A DNA stretch of 63,493 nt, counting the filler, from Octopus bimaculoides (Eukaryota): NCBI RefSeq assembly GCF_001194135.2. It is 4 parts of 4 records of this genome, joined end to end, with 100 filler letters (N's around TTAATTAATTAA, not from the genome) between each part and the next. Parts side by side here need not be neighbours in the genome. Positions count along the whole stretch, not along the records: positions 30,277 to 56,126 come from NC_068987.1; 3 more parts are not named here. One strand, given 5' to 3'. The number at the start of each line of letters is the position of its first letter. Position 1 is the first letter of the stretch. The position numbers and the translations under genes were made by a program. The notes under the pieces are model-generated. The model was not told where the DNA came from and ran no database searches. It saw only the letters and a list, made by a program, of their open reading frames with translations. Positions 35,282-48,618 of the stretch are shown here, in pieces.

Positions 35282-36196
35282 AATTAAAAGAAGAGTGCCA
35301 TTTGCTATCTTGTGAACAATATTTCGACATCTTGCGTGTCTTCCACTGGTTCANNNNNNNNNNNNNNNNNNNNNNNNNNNNNNNNNNNNNNNNNNNNNNN
35401 NNNNNNNNNNNNNNNNNNNNNNNNNNNNNNNNNNNNNNNNNNNNNNNNNNNNNNNNNNNNNNNNNNNNNNNNNNNNNNNNNNNNNNNNNNNNNNNNNNNN
35501 NNNNNNNNNNNNNNNNNNNNNNNNNNNNNNNNNNNNNNNNNNNNNNNNNNNNNNNNNNNNNNNNNNNNNNNNNNNNNNNNNNNNNNNNNNNNNNNNNNNN
35601 NNNNNNNNNNNNNNNNNNNNNNNNNNNNNNNNNNNNNNNNNNNNNNNNNNNNNNNNNNNNNNNNNNNNNNNNNNNNNNNNNNNNNNNNNNNNNNNNNNNN
35701 NNNNNNNNNNNNNNNNNNNNNNNNNNNNNNNNNNNNNNNNNNNNNNNNNNNNNNNNNNNNNNNNNNNNNNNNNNNNNNNNNNNNNNNNNNNNNNNNNNNN
35801 NNNNNNNNNNNNNNNNNNNNNNNNNNNNNNNNNNNNNNNNNNNNNNNNNNNNNNNNNNNNNNNNNNNNNNNNNNNNNNNNNNNNNNNNNNNNNNNNNNNN
35901 NNNNNNNNNNNNNNNNNNNNNNNNNNNNNNNNNNNNNNNNNNNNNNNNNNNNNNNNNNNNNNNNNNNNNNNNNNNNNNNNNNNNNNNNNNNNNNNNNNNN
36001 NNNNNNNNNNNNNNNNNNNNNNNNNNNNNNNNNNNNNNNNNNNNNNNNNNNNNNNNNNNNNNNNNNNNNNNNNNNNNNNNNNNNNNNNNNNNNAAATGAA
36101 GTAGATTGACAAATTTATTTTTTGAACCAGTGGAAGACACGCGAGATATCGAAATATTGTTCACAAGATCGCAAATGGCACGCTTCTTTTAATTTT
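35280..36196. repeat. About 74-bp inverted repeat pair flanking an assembly gap
   Basis: 35280-35353 is the reverse complement of 36123-36196 with about 5 mismatches. Confidence 0.85.
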
Positions 36197-36230
36197 GAAT
36201 CTATATCTTCAGGAGGAGTTACCTCAATCC

Positions 36231-36294
<64 letters not shown>

Positions 36295-36308
36295 GTTGTC
36301 ATCATAAT

Positions 36309-36525
36309 GGCAGTGAGCTGACAGAATCGTCAGCATGCCGGGCGAAATGCTTAATGGTATTCCGCCTGCTGTTAAGTTCTGAGTTCAAATTCTGCCGAGT
36401 TCGACTTTGCCTTTCATGCTTCCGGGGTCAATGAAATGAGTACCAGTGAAACACTGGGGTAGATGGATTCGACTAGTTCATTCGCCCCAAATTCAGGCCT
36501 TGTGCATTTAGTAGAAAGGATTGTT
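36309..36525 (+). mobile_element. SINE family B, full length
   Basis: ggcagtgagctgacagaatcgtcagc...ctgagttcaaattc...gtagaaaggatt. Confidence 0.85.
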
Positions 36526-36530
36526 ATTAT

Positions 36531-36622
36531 TATTGCCTCATTTAATGCCATTAGGATGTTTCATCCACAAGTGACTCATGAAGTCAGCCTTAAAATGGAA
36601 TTTGTCGTCAAACATGAGCGAA

Positions 36623-36707
<85 letters not shown>

Positions 36708-37364
36708 NNNNNNNNNNNNNNNNNNNNNNNNNNNNNNNNNNNNNNNNNNNNNNNNNNNNNNNNNNNNNNNNNNNNNNNNNNNNNNNNNNNNNNNNNNNNN
36801 NNNNNNNNNNNNNNNNNNNNNNNNNNNNNNNNNNNNNNNNNNNNNNNNNNNNNNNNNNNNNNNNNNNNNNNNNNNNNNNNNNNNNNNNNNNNNNNNNNNN
36901 NNNNNNNNNNNNNNNNNNNNNNNNNNNNNNNNNNNNNNNNNNNNNNNNNNNNNNNNNNNNNNNNNNNNNNNNNNNNNNNNNNNNNNNNNNNNNNNNNNNN
37001 NNNNNNNNNNNNNNNNNNNNNNNNNNNNNNNNNNNNNNNNNNNNNNNNNNNNNNNNNNNNNNNNNNNNNNNNNNNNNNNNNNNNNNNNNNNNNNNNNNNN
37101 NNNNNNNNNNNNNNNNNNNNNNNNNNNNNNNNNNNNNNNNNNNNNNNNNNNNNNNNNNNNNNNNNNNNNNNNNNNNNNNNNNNNNNNNNNNNNNNNNNNN
37201 NNNNNNNNNNNNNNNNNNNNNNNNNNNNNNNNNNNNNNNNNNNNNNNNNNNNNNNNNNNNNNNNNNNNNNNNNNNNNNNNNNNNNNNNNNNNNNNNNNNN
37301 NNNNNNNNNNNNNNNNNNNNNNNNNNNNNNNNNNNNNNNNNNNNNNNNNNNNNNNNNNNNNNNN

Positions 37365-37418
<54 letters not shown>

Positions 37419-38853
37419 TTGCCATGATAGATCGCTAGCCACTACATATTCTTTATTTTCTGTCTTTATTTTCTCTTCTAGTTTCTTTCTGTGTTCCTTT
37501 CTGTGATAGTGCGTAGGCTCGAAACGTGTAAGACTTTTTTCACTTTCCGAGCGTTAAACTAATTCATCTCTTTGTTTTCTACACCACTTGTCTTCATCTT
37601 TTTGTGAATTCTCCCAATATATATGTAAAACTTCAAATTACTTTCGCAAAAAGCGAAGAATATGTATGTATATACGTATGTATGTATGTATGCATATACG
37701 TATGTATGTATGTATGCATGCATGTATGCGTATCCATGTACGAGTATGTATATGTATAAGTAGATACGCATATACAAATGCACATAAGAAAATGTACTTT
37801 TACATTAATAACTTCTGAATGAAAGAACACAATATCAAGAATGAAATAAGTAGAGTATGATATATTTATTACAACTGCAGGTATTCTAAAACAAAATCTC
37901 GTGATGATTCGGCATACGCATGCTCACGAAAAGGCATACAATAGCACAAAGGCAGACAAGTATCTGCATACATATATATTCATACTTACGTACAGCAGGC
38001 ACTCGAATCTACAAATATAGCGTATCCTTAACCACCCATAAGAAATTCTCCAGATCGTGCCTAAACACTTTTAGTTGCTAGGTGGGTATTCGTTCGCACG
38101 CACACGCACACATACACACACGCACACCCACACACATACACACATTTATATATATATATATATATATATACACAAATATATGCATACGTTGTTAGATATC
38201 TGTACAGATAAATAGCTAGGTACCTAGCTGCCTAGCTAGATAGATAGTTAGATAGACAGATAGTTAAATAGATAGACATAGACTCACATACACATAGATT
38301 AGGTAGCAGACAAATCGATTGAGATGAAAACAAATTATGAAAATTGTAACAAAAAAAAAAATATTGTTATGATAAATAAGTAAATCAAACGTAATCGTGA
38401 AACAACGAAAATCTGAAAAAAAAAATGCTACTCGAATCAGAAATGCATACGTGTCTACACACACATAATCACACTCATACACACTCACACACACTCAAAT
38501 ACGCACACAGAGACAAGCATACACACACACGTCTCCTTACACACAATCACTTGTATCCGCAAACGAATCAATCCACATTTACAGGAGATCCGTTTGGATA
38601 CAAGACCACACACATACAAACATGTCATACGTGTCCACACATATACATAGACCCGTAAATACTACTCACTTCACTTCACTTTCCTCTTTCGAAATTCGAA
38701 TCAAAAAGCATTATGTGTAAACACTTAATATATTACTGTTTTTATTTTTACTCTCGCTTTAGGCAAATTCCGCGGATTACATTGTATTTTCCCTGTTAAT
38801 TCCGCATCAGAAAATATGCAATGCACTGGCGTTTTTGTTCTATATCGTTGTTG

Positions 38854-38923
<70 letters not shown>

Positions 38924-39056
38924 GATTTGTGTTTTTTGCGAAAGAAATTTAAAGTTTTATATATTTCAGTCATTTTTGACGACGAATTCCATTTTAAGAG
39001 CAACTTCATAACTCACTCGCTAAAGAGACATCCTAATGGCATTAATTGAGGCAATA
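36531..39056. repeat. About 95-bp diverged inverted repeats (36531-36625 and 38962-39056)
   Basis: tattgcctca(t/a)ttaatgccattaggatgt...cttaaaatggaatt(t/c)gtcgtcaaa occurs in opposite orientations. Confidence 0.8.
37420..37620 (+). mobile_element. Short interspersed repeat with eroded hammerhead-like motif (possible Penelope terminal-repeat relic)
   Basis: cttt-ctgtgata-gtgc-gtag-gctc-GAAAC-GT at 37497-37527, embedded between (TA)n tracts. Confidence 0.35.
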
Positions 39057-39938
39057 TTAATAATAATGATAATAATAATAATAATAACGGAAAAATAAAT
39101 AATAATAGCAATGATAATAAAAATATTAATAATACGAATGGTTGTGAAAGTAATAAGCATTAGTAATAAGAAAATCAATAACGGTAACTACAAAACAATA
39201 ATGCAAAATAATAACTGTGATTTCGTTTATTGTCCACAAGGGTCCAATACAAAGTAGAAATACAAAAACAAATCACAATGATTATCAAAGAATATTATTA
39301 GTAATTGCACCACCACCACCACCACCACCACCACCACCACCAAAAACAACAAGAACAACAAAAACAACAACTACAGTAAAAATGAAAAGAACAGCAGCAA
39401 CAACAATATTAATATGTTGTTGTTGTTGTCCAATGAGAGGCATTGGATTAGATCACATGATAGAATACATCTATTTGTCTCCACTTCATCCAGTCCTCAT
39501 TAACACATCTGTGACACCTCGTTGTAATCTAAAGGGTTTTAAATGACTGAAAAGAGAAAATATATAAAAATGTAAAACAAAGAGCGAAAAGCGAGAATAA
39601 AGAACCCAATTTGTGAAGTCTCCTGGAAGATTCGCAACAGCGACAGCAACAGAAACAATGCGAGCGAACAACACTGCATCAAAATTAATATCAACGCTGA
39701 ACTCCTCTTTTTAGTAAATTTAATCTTTCGTTATAATCCAAAATCCTTTAGGCAAATCAGAGAATTTGGCAAAGAAGACGAAAAAAAAAAAAGGATTTTG
39801 GGGAAAATAAAAACATCAAAAAAGCAACAAAGTTTTACTTTTCCTGATTGAGCTGGAGTATTAGGAAGACCCACGCGCACATATAGATATATTTATAATA
39901 GACATATATACACACGCACATGTATTGATATAAATACG

Positions 39939-39983
<45 letters not shown>

Positions 39984-40853
39984 TGATATACATATGTAAA
40001 TACACAAGCACATAGACACACACACATGCACACATATATACGTTTTCATGCATCATATTGTATTTTCGTGTAAAGCAAAATGAATGGAAATATTTCAAAA
40101 GATCTAAACTAAGATCTAAGCGATAATATGTACGTCTGCGTGCATGCATATATGTATGGATATGAATTATATTATGTAAGAGGAAATAATTGAAAAATAA
40201 ATGAACGAACGACGCTGGACATCACTATATTTTGGCAAGATAAAATATACATAAAAATATGATTGTGTATTCATATCATCAGCAGGATAGCAAAAGAGAC
40301 ATTTGCTGAAAGAAGATTCATTTATATATGTTTGTAGCTGGCTTAATACAAAACACAAAGGATTCTAAACAAATTCAAAATATTTTAAATTTAAACCAAT
40401 ATCTTTCTAGAAGGAAAATCCGGCACAGTCTATTCATTTATATTTTTCAGATGAAGGATTTAAATCACGAAATAGGAAATATATTTTTAAGCTTTCGTCA
40501 AATACATTGAGGATGAAAGTAAATATATNNNNNNNNNNNNNNNNNNNNNNNNNNNNNNNNNNNNNNNNNNNNNNNNNNNNNNNNNNNNNNNNNNNNNNNN
40601 NNNNNNNNNNNNNNNNNNNNNNNNNNNNNNNNNNNNNNNNNNNNNNNNNNNNNNNNNNNNNNNNNNNNNNNNNNNNNNNNNNNNNNNNNNNNNNNNNNNN
40701 NNNNNNNNNNNNNNNNNNNNNNNNNNNNNNNNNNNNNNNNNNNNNNNNNNNNNNNNNNNNNNNNNNNNNNNNNNNNNNNNNNNNNNNNNNNNNNNNNNNN
40801 NNNNNNNNNNNNNNNNNNNNNNNNNNNNNNNNNNNNNNNNNNNNNNNNNNNNN

Positions 40854-40912
<59 letters not shown>

Positions 40913-41113
40913 TCATGTCTTTTCTGCAATACCACTGTAGACAACCAATATTGTTGTGTTTAAGTCTCTGTGAATTAGCATTTCCGCAAAAGTTTCTCAC
41001 GTAAGAAGAACTACTGGAATCGGTATGTTTGACTAAACGATTCCTGGCGGAGTCCTACTATGCCCACAGTTCAATGACCGAAACAGGGAAAAGTGCAAAA
41101 TAATATAAGAATA

Positions 41114-41344
41114 CAAGGTGGCCCAAAAGTAGGTTTACAGTTATTCATCTATCTCTTTCGCATTCATATATTAACAGTTTAGATCTTGGTTATAAAAAAA
41201 AATATGAAACTATTATTCTATGCTAATTTAGTTAATTTTCTCAAGCTCTCATTTCAGTATGTAAGATAGAAATTTAAATGCAATATAATGTTTAAATTTA
41301 AAGTGTCTACATGATAACTGTAAATCTACTTTTGGGCCACCCTC
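41114..41344. mobile_element. Tc1/mariner-type MITE with about 30-bp TIRs and TA duplication
   Basis: TA-caaggtggcccaaaagtaggtttacagttat ... ataactgtaaatctacttttgggccaccctc-TA. A second copy lies inverted at 55883-56097. Confidence 0.9.
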
Positions 41345-41649
41345 TACATAATAAAGATGATATTGTTTATATATATAACAATTATCGTTACGCTGTATCT
41401 GGGGAGAGTCATTCTATCTTAATGCCTTATTATCTAATACACTCACCGGTTCAATTTCCACTCATTTATTATTTATATATTTTTCTTCCAAGATTTTCTT
41501 TGCTTTTACAACCTTGTCAACAGATGTTAATTCTGTCCGTTATTGGAGCTGCGATTTTTTGTCTGTTTGTGTGCATGTGTTTGTGTCAGCGTGCATGCGT
41601 GCTTGTATATGCACATATGTATGTATGCATGTATGTATATAGGTATTTA

Positions 41650-42060
41650 GGCGCAGGAGTGGCTGTGTGGTAAGTAGCTTGCTCACCAACCACATGGTTC
41701 TGGGTTCAGTCCCACTGCGTGGCACCTTGGGCAAGTGTCTTCTACTATAGCCTCGGGCTGACCGAAGCCTTGTGAATGGATTTGGTAGACGGAAACTGAA
41801 AGAAACCCGTCGTATATATGTATATATGTATGTATGTGTGTCTATATGTTTGTGTGTCTGTGTTTTTGTCTCCCCAACCTCACTTGACAACCGATGCTGG
41901 TGTGTTTACATCCCCGTAACTTAGCGGTTCGGGAAAAGAGACCAATAGAATAAGTACTAGGCTTACAAAGAATAAGTCCTGGGGTCGATTTGCTCGACTA
42001 AAGGTGGTGCTCCAGCATGGTCGCAGTCAAATGACTGAAACAAGTAAAAGAGTAAAAGAG
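41650..42060 (+). mobile_element. SINE family A, full length
   Basis: ggcgcaggagtggctgtgtggtaagtagc...caagtaaaagagtaaaagag. Confidence 0.92.
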
Positions 42061-42329
42061 TATAGGTATGCATATATGTGTGTGTGTATGCATATATAAT
42101 CATTAACACTATAGAGAACTCATTACTTGCAACACTGTTAAGTACTTGTTGAACCGAACGTTTTGGCAAGCAAAGCATTTCAAGCCGTAGATATTTGTCA
42201 TATGTAAACACTTTAAGGATTTTAAACATAAGGCGTGGACATTGTTGTGTGATTAAGATGTTCACCTCACAACTACGTGGAATAAGCTTATCGTTCGTGT
42301 GGTAAGCTACAAAATTCTGACATCCTTTC

Positions 42330-42625
42330 GATTTCCTGTAACGTCTCATGGTTCCGGCAGACAAAATGGAAAAGTGGGTCACTCTGGGGGATGGTAAGGA
42401 AGATGCTCTAAAACTGCCGCTGTGACTCATGGAGCTCGCACTTGTGGATAGCCATCTCTGCCGCGATAATGGTCTGCAGGTCGAGGACGCCAGCGGTCTC
42501 CACTGCCACAGGCTCGACCATAAACTGCGAGAGAGCTTCCGATACTTTGATACCCTGGACTGGTAGCTAAACACATCAAGTTGCCGCTGGAAAAGGTATC
42601 ACGGCATGTTGCATCACATTTGAGA
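42330..42625 (-). mobile_element. CRE-like (R2 superfamily) RLE C-terminal fragment
   Basis: Across frameshifts reads ATCRDTFSSGNL...SQFMVEPVAVETAGVL...FSILSAG, matching DxTxxDT / FxPxAVET / QRGNAxxIL of CRE-type RLE domains. Confidence 0.7.
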
Positions 42626-44143
42626 GATGCAAGAGATATTGCGGAATTGAATTATCGAAAAGTATTCAATAGTATTCATAATAAAAGTATAACCAATAGA
42701 TGGCCAGAATAAGATTTTGTTAAAACATGTGCAATGGAAATAGAAGTAAGGATATATAGTTAAATAAAAGTTGAAAGTAAGGTGAAAATTGTGCACTTGT
42801 TTATGTATATGGAGGAAGAGAAATATACATATGATTCCAGAAAATTTTCGAACTATGTCTTTAAAGACGGTTTCCGTTAGTAACGGACACTTGAAAGGAA
42901 AACTCAGGAAAATGTTATTTAGCTGACTTATTTTAGCAAAATGTTTCAAAATATCTTAAAGTTTTTAATTCAAGTTGCGAAGTGGTAATGTTCCAATGTG
43001 TTGTTCACGCGAAAATTTATCTTTTTCTAAAAGGATATCGACAAAATGTGCGTTTATACAATATTTTGATTTGTTATTTATACAAATATTACACGTCATA
43101 GAAATTCATATCGGCAATAGTAAGTAAAATCCATGCATTCCATAGACATAAAATTAATTGGGATGTGCCGAGAAAAGCTAGTCCAAGAGCTCCTGGTAAT
43201 TAAGTAAAACTCTAATTGCCTTACGAGCGTCAATAGAAAGACATTGAAAATGTAAATATCATCTATGTTACATTTAGCTTAAGAGAACATACATATACAC
43301 ATACATACATACGTACATACACACATACATACATACATACATACATACATACATACAAACATACATGCATACATACATACATACATACATACATACATAC
43401 ATAGAGACAAACATACATACCTGTATCAGTAAGTATGTATAATACATCAAAATAGACTTAAGTATGCTTACTTCCAAGCAAATTACAATTACGTTTATTA
43501 GCAAAATCACCTACGAAAGCAAGGATAATGATTAGAATAGGATATTCTAAAGCTTTGCTGTGTGTACTAGTAAATAAAGAAGAATAGTAGTTGATGTAAT
43601 TTGAAAACGAATTAAACACGGAGAAATTAGTTCTAAACAACCATCTAATTATTGATGTTAGGTGCGAAACTGGAAATGTGTAATTTATGATATTGGTTTT
43701 TGAAAAGAGCTCGTTAATTCTGTTAAGGAGATATTATACTAAACTTACAGTAAATACAATTTGAATGGAGAGATTCGAAAGGCCTGTAACTCTTGGCATT
43801 CTGTCAAATTAAAAATGTCCGACATCTTATTGCAGTTAATAGCATATTTCAATGGCGGTATGGCAGCATAGCTACAACACGTCGTCTGAAACGAGTAAAA
43901 GTGTAAATGACTATCATATGGCCGTGCTTCGCGATAAACGCATAACGCGAACATTTCGAAAATTATCTGTTTTTCGTGTAACAAAAATCAACTTTAGGTT
44001 TGGCAAACTGTGTAAAGTAAAAGATATAGAACGTGCATAATTTCAAATGAAATGATCTTATATAGGATGACGTATTATCATTAATATGTATGAAAATAAG
44101 CTACTGTGAGCAATTTTGTCTATGTTAAATAAGGAAAATATTA

Positions 44144-44300
44144 AATAATCCTTTCTAGTATAGGCACAAGGCCTGAAATTTGAGGGGAGGGGGCTAGTCG
44201 ATTACATCGAACTCAGTATTCGACAAGTACTTATTTCAATGACCTCGAAAGGATGAAAGGCAAAGTTGACCTCGGCAGAATTTGAACTCAGAATGTAAAG
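44144..44300 (-). mobile_element. SINE family B 3' half
   Basis: Reverse-complement match to family B. Confidence 0.8.
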
Positions 44301-44420
44301 ATGTTCCTTTATGTATGTATGTATGTATGTATGTATGTATGTATGTATGTACGTATATATGTATGCATGTATGTATCTATCTATTTATCAATATATATAT
44401 ATAACATAATATATATAATA

Positions 44421-44462
<42 letters not shown>

Positions 44463-44520
44463 AATATATATATATATAACATATTATATATAATATATAT
44501 ATAACATAATATATATAACA

Positions 44521-44733
44521 TAATCCTTTCTACTAAAGACACAATCATCCATGAAACATTGGGGGCAGGGTCTGGTCGATTACATCGACCTCAGTGTTTC
44601 GCTCATACTTAATTTATCGAACCCGATAGGATGACAGGCAGAGTCAACCTCGGCGGAATTTGATCTCAGAACGTAGCAGCAGACGAAATACCGCTAAGCA
44701 TTTCACCCGGCGTGCTAACGATTCTGCCAGCTC
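44521..44733 (-). mobile_element. SINE family B, near full length
   Basis: Reverse complement begins gagctggcagaatcgttagcacgccggg. Confidence 0.85.
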
Positions 44734-45179
44734 AATAATAACAACAACATACATACATACACACACACATTAAATAATGAAAGAAGTTTTGTTTTGTTCA
44801 AAAATATTGTAAGTAAAAGTAAATTTGCATCAATAGATTTCGGTGTAAGTTAAAGTATATCATACGTGCCGAAAAACTGGGGGCATAAGGAAGTCTTCCT
44901 ATTCTTGGATATATGAAACTGAAAGGGGGTCAACTGTAAGATAATGGCTTTGAAAAACAGCTATTAATTAGTTTTCAGAAGAAAAACGTTTAAAAAATAT
45001 CATATGGAACATCGTGTAATTTTGAAAGATATCGTATGTTCTACTGTTTCATAACTGCAAATACGTTTTATATCAAAATGTTTCGTATTGGAGCATTTTG
45101 ACTAAGATTTCATTCAGGATTCCTGTGTTCCAAGCTGAAACTTCTGTTAACGAAGAATCTTACCTCTCACAATATGGAA

Positions 45180-45270
45180 ACATTTATTATGGCACCAGCA
45201 GACAAAATAAAAATGGCGTTGCCCCGGAGGATAGCGATTGTTGAACTCTATCACAACGCTACCCCATCAG
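45180..45270 (-). mobile_element. Second CRE-like 3' fragment
   Basis: IAILRGNAIFILSAGA; shares attttgtctgc(c/t)gg with the 42.3 kb copy. Confidence 0.55.
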
Positions 45271-46089
45271 GATACGTTCGATTGTCACTATTTAAAAAAA
45301 AACATTGAAGTTCCCTTTTGGACTTTGTTTATATTCGACGGAGTTTGTTTGATTTGGCTGAAATTTTTGTAGCTCAATCTACTACATATAAAGCTACTTC
45401 GTTTAATCTCCGATGTGATCAAACACCAGAATCGGAGGGACTATAGAAGTTATCGATTGGATTGCGATTGGATTGCGAATATTGTGCAGCATAACCAGGC
45501 AGGATACTGAAAAATCGTGCAGCTGTACCCTGACACGGTAGATATTAAACTACTGGGGCCGTTAGTGCCAAATAATATATTGGAGATAAAAAAATACAAA
45601 GATTCAAGCATATAACATATGAATCATTAGACGACAACATTCATTATGAAATTATTCATAGATTATTTAATGCATTTATTTTTGAGGAAACGCCGAAAAC
45701 AGGTTGAGATCCGATAGTGAATCCTGTTGTCTGGTTGATATTTGTAGTGTGTGTTAAGGTACCTTTAGTGGTAGGTGTAATAATAACCGTATTTATGCTT
45801 CATATGTCAATGTGAAATGATGTTAAATTTGGTGAAAATGCAAATTAAATTTCTTTCAAATTTATTTAAAAAAAATCTTAGCCTTAAGTGTTCCGCCAGA
45901 TTAATTAATGGAAATTTAACAAAAGATAAAGATAATTTTACACATGTATCGCAGAATCGTTATTGTCGGATAAAATTCCTTAATGTATATGGTAGAGTTG
46001 TCTGTGCTCTTTGGTCACGTAAATCAGCAAAACCACTGCTATAGGTCGGATGGTTCTCCACGAGCATTTATTAAAATTCTCGAGTGAGA

Positions 46090-46480
46090 GTATGGTACCA
46101 AGTGGGAAATTTGGCATGGCTGGCCTATATTACTTCGAAGTTGACTGACCTGCAATAACAGTGAATTCTGATTGTGATTGCCGAGTCTTCTGTGCAACTT
46201 CCTTCCCCAGGAATTGAAATGATGTTGCTCTAATACAGGAGACAGGTAAGTTTTTACAACAACAAGGTGTGATCGTCTATGCAGAAAGCGATGTAATCTA
46301 TAAAGAAAGAGCTTCCATGGATATTTCTGAGAAAATATTTACGCAACATGTCATTTCTCAGCAGCTTGTAATAGCATAGCCTACCCGTTCATCAGCCCCT
46401 TCAAAATGAGATTATTTCTTTTGGAGCTGTCTGAAAGGAAGGATTTCATGAACGAACCAAGTGCATCTAAAATTCATAAA
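46090..46480 (+). mobile_element. Decayed Tc1-like transposase fragment
   Basis: Remnants of GPY(Y/F)FE, FLQQQG, and PTRSSAP..DYFFWSCLKGR, corresponding to the WPxRSPDLTPLDFFLWGYLK motif. Confidence 0.55.
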
Positions 46481-46627
46481 AAATATTACATATAATAATG
46501 AAGCTGATCAGTCTCATAGTGACCATTTAGTGAAAGGATCCACTTAGGAAAATGCAAGTCAGTGAAACTTTTATTTAGTTGTAATTTATTATTATTATTG
46601 TTGTTGTTATTATTATTATTTTTATTA

Positions 46628-46669
<42 letters not shown>

Positions 46670-46676
46670 TTTGCAT

Positions 46677-46798
46677 CCTACGAAAAACACTTTCAATACA
46701 GTAACCATAAGAGCATCACAGCAAACCACAGCACATACCCAAGGCACAAAAAGCTGCGCTTGGTAGTGAAGTGAAAGCACGTTATAAAAATAAAACTA

Positions 46799-46872
<74 letters not shown>

Positions 46873-46888
46873 TGATGATAATAATAAT
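46677..46888 (+). mobile_element. 5'-truncated Dong/R4 3' end inserted at the end of an (AAT)n tract with target-site duplication
   Basis: (H)ILRKTLSIQ* plus tail and (AAT)n; ataataataattttgcat is duplicated at 46659-46676 and 46878-46895. Confidence 0.85.
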
Positions 46889-48201
46889 TTTGCATTGTTA
46901 GAATTTAATCGACACAGTGGATAAAAATTGTTTCTAACACAGGCACGAGGTCAAACATTGTGGTAAATCTAGTGCTGATTAAGTCTTTTACAGTCATCCT
47001 GTATTTACTAATGTACTTATTTAAAAATCTATCAGGTATGTTTGTTTGACCTTGCGTATAGGTTTCGCATATGTAAACAAATATCATACAGAACAGATCA
47101 ACACATACAGCGGCTCCGTCTACATCAAACCGCAGTGATTAGTCCAACATTATTGCATTTGTAACCCTGAATTAAGTGTGATGTATAATTTTTCATTACA
47201 TATTGAGAGAACTCCCATCACAACTAATAGAATTTATCACAATTATGAATACTTACTCTCGCACAGGCATTAAGAGACCGACAACGTACTCACATGCACT
47301 CAAAAGTATGTACCTATATATGTGTGCGTGTGTGTATTTTTGTCTGCGTATGTGCGTATGTGCGTGCGTATGTGCGTGTGTATATGCGTACATACACACA
47401 CAAGCACACACATACATATATAAAAGGTCGCATGAATATGTTTATGAGACACTCACTCATTGCACATACAGTTATGGTTGAAATCTTTCTACAGTATTTA
47501 TCCGTCTAAAATAATCATTAACCATCTATTAGTTCTGCACTGCAGTAAATTAAATTGATCTTGCTACTCTGAGTGAACAAACTAGCAAATATATAATTAT
47601 TTCATTTTATTAGGCTTCGTTATTTTGCTAGACATCAATTACGATTCTTCGCTTTTGGCGATTATTGCATTATATTTCATAAATTGTAATGTCATAAGTA
47701 ACTTTTTATGGCTTTCCCAGTTGAAGAAGGTAACGCTGGTTACCTATTAGTAGGAAATGAGATTTGTGGAGAAGAAAGTCGGACGTGAGGGCAACTATTG
47801 ATTTGCTGTTTTAGGAGTAGCACATAAAGATATAGTGTTATCTTAGACAGGGAAAAATTCTTGCAGCAGGATTCAAGTACAGGTACCCGAGTGCCAGATA
47901 AACAGGGAATTAAAATAGGTCTAGTTATCCACAAACAAATACATCTGGCGAATTTCAGTATATTTTCTGTTTACCGAATTTTTCTCAAGTTATGGAGGGT
48001 ATAACGGAAAGACACTCGATTAGGGTTCTGCGAGGTGAAAGGAAACCATATGTGTATANNNNNNNNNNNNNNNNNNNNNNNNNNNNNNNNNNNNNNNNNN
48101 NNNNNNNNNNNNNNNNNNNNNNNNNNNNNNNNNNNNNNNNNNNNNNNNNNNNNNNNNNNNATATATATATATATATATATAAATACATACATATACACAT
48201 A

Positions 48202-48618
48202 CACGAAGTACCCAAAAGTAACCGGAAACGTTCTCTGTGGAACAAACCCGTTGTAATTCAGGTTTCTGCCGCTGAAAATCACTTGATGAGACCCTCACGC
48301 ATCAAACTGGCGACCAGCGGCGGTGGGTGTAGTAGTACTGCTACGTGATGCATCTTTGTTTTGCAGTGCTTCTCCCCTGTTCGTAGATTTTTGCCATAGC
48401 TGAAACGAAGGAACAGCGCGCTTCCCTGAAATTCTGTTTCCTGCTAGGGAAAACGGCGGCCGAAACAGTTATCATGCTTCAAACAGCTTACAAGGACGCT
48501 GCCATGAGCAAAACACAAGTTTACGAGTGGTTTTCACGCTTTAGGAATGATGACTTGTCGCTTGAAGACCAACCTCGTTCATGACGACCGTGAAAACCAC
48601 TCGTAAACTTGTGTTTTG
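48202..48618 (+). mobile_element. Mariner 5' portion (paired-like HTH), truncated by gap
   Basis: AETKEQRASLKFCFLLGKTAAETVIMLQTAYKDAAMSKTQVYEWFSRFRNDDLSLEDQPRS*RP; upstream TIR-like cacgaagtacccaaaagtaaccggaa follows TA. Confidence 0.88.

Noticed and set aside
43749-43885. Candidate minus-strand exon (acceptor ttttactcgtttcag, donor gtaagt) encoding TTCCSYAAIPPLKY...
   Set aside because: The only open frame is phase 0 to 2, incompatible with the phase-1 intron between exons A and B unless further unseen exons exist; left unsupported.
47719-47745. ttgaaga-aggtaac-gctg-gttacct hairpin resembling a hammerhead core plus stem II
   Set aside because: No GAAA follows the stem and there is no stem I or III.
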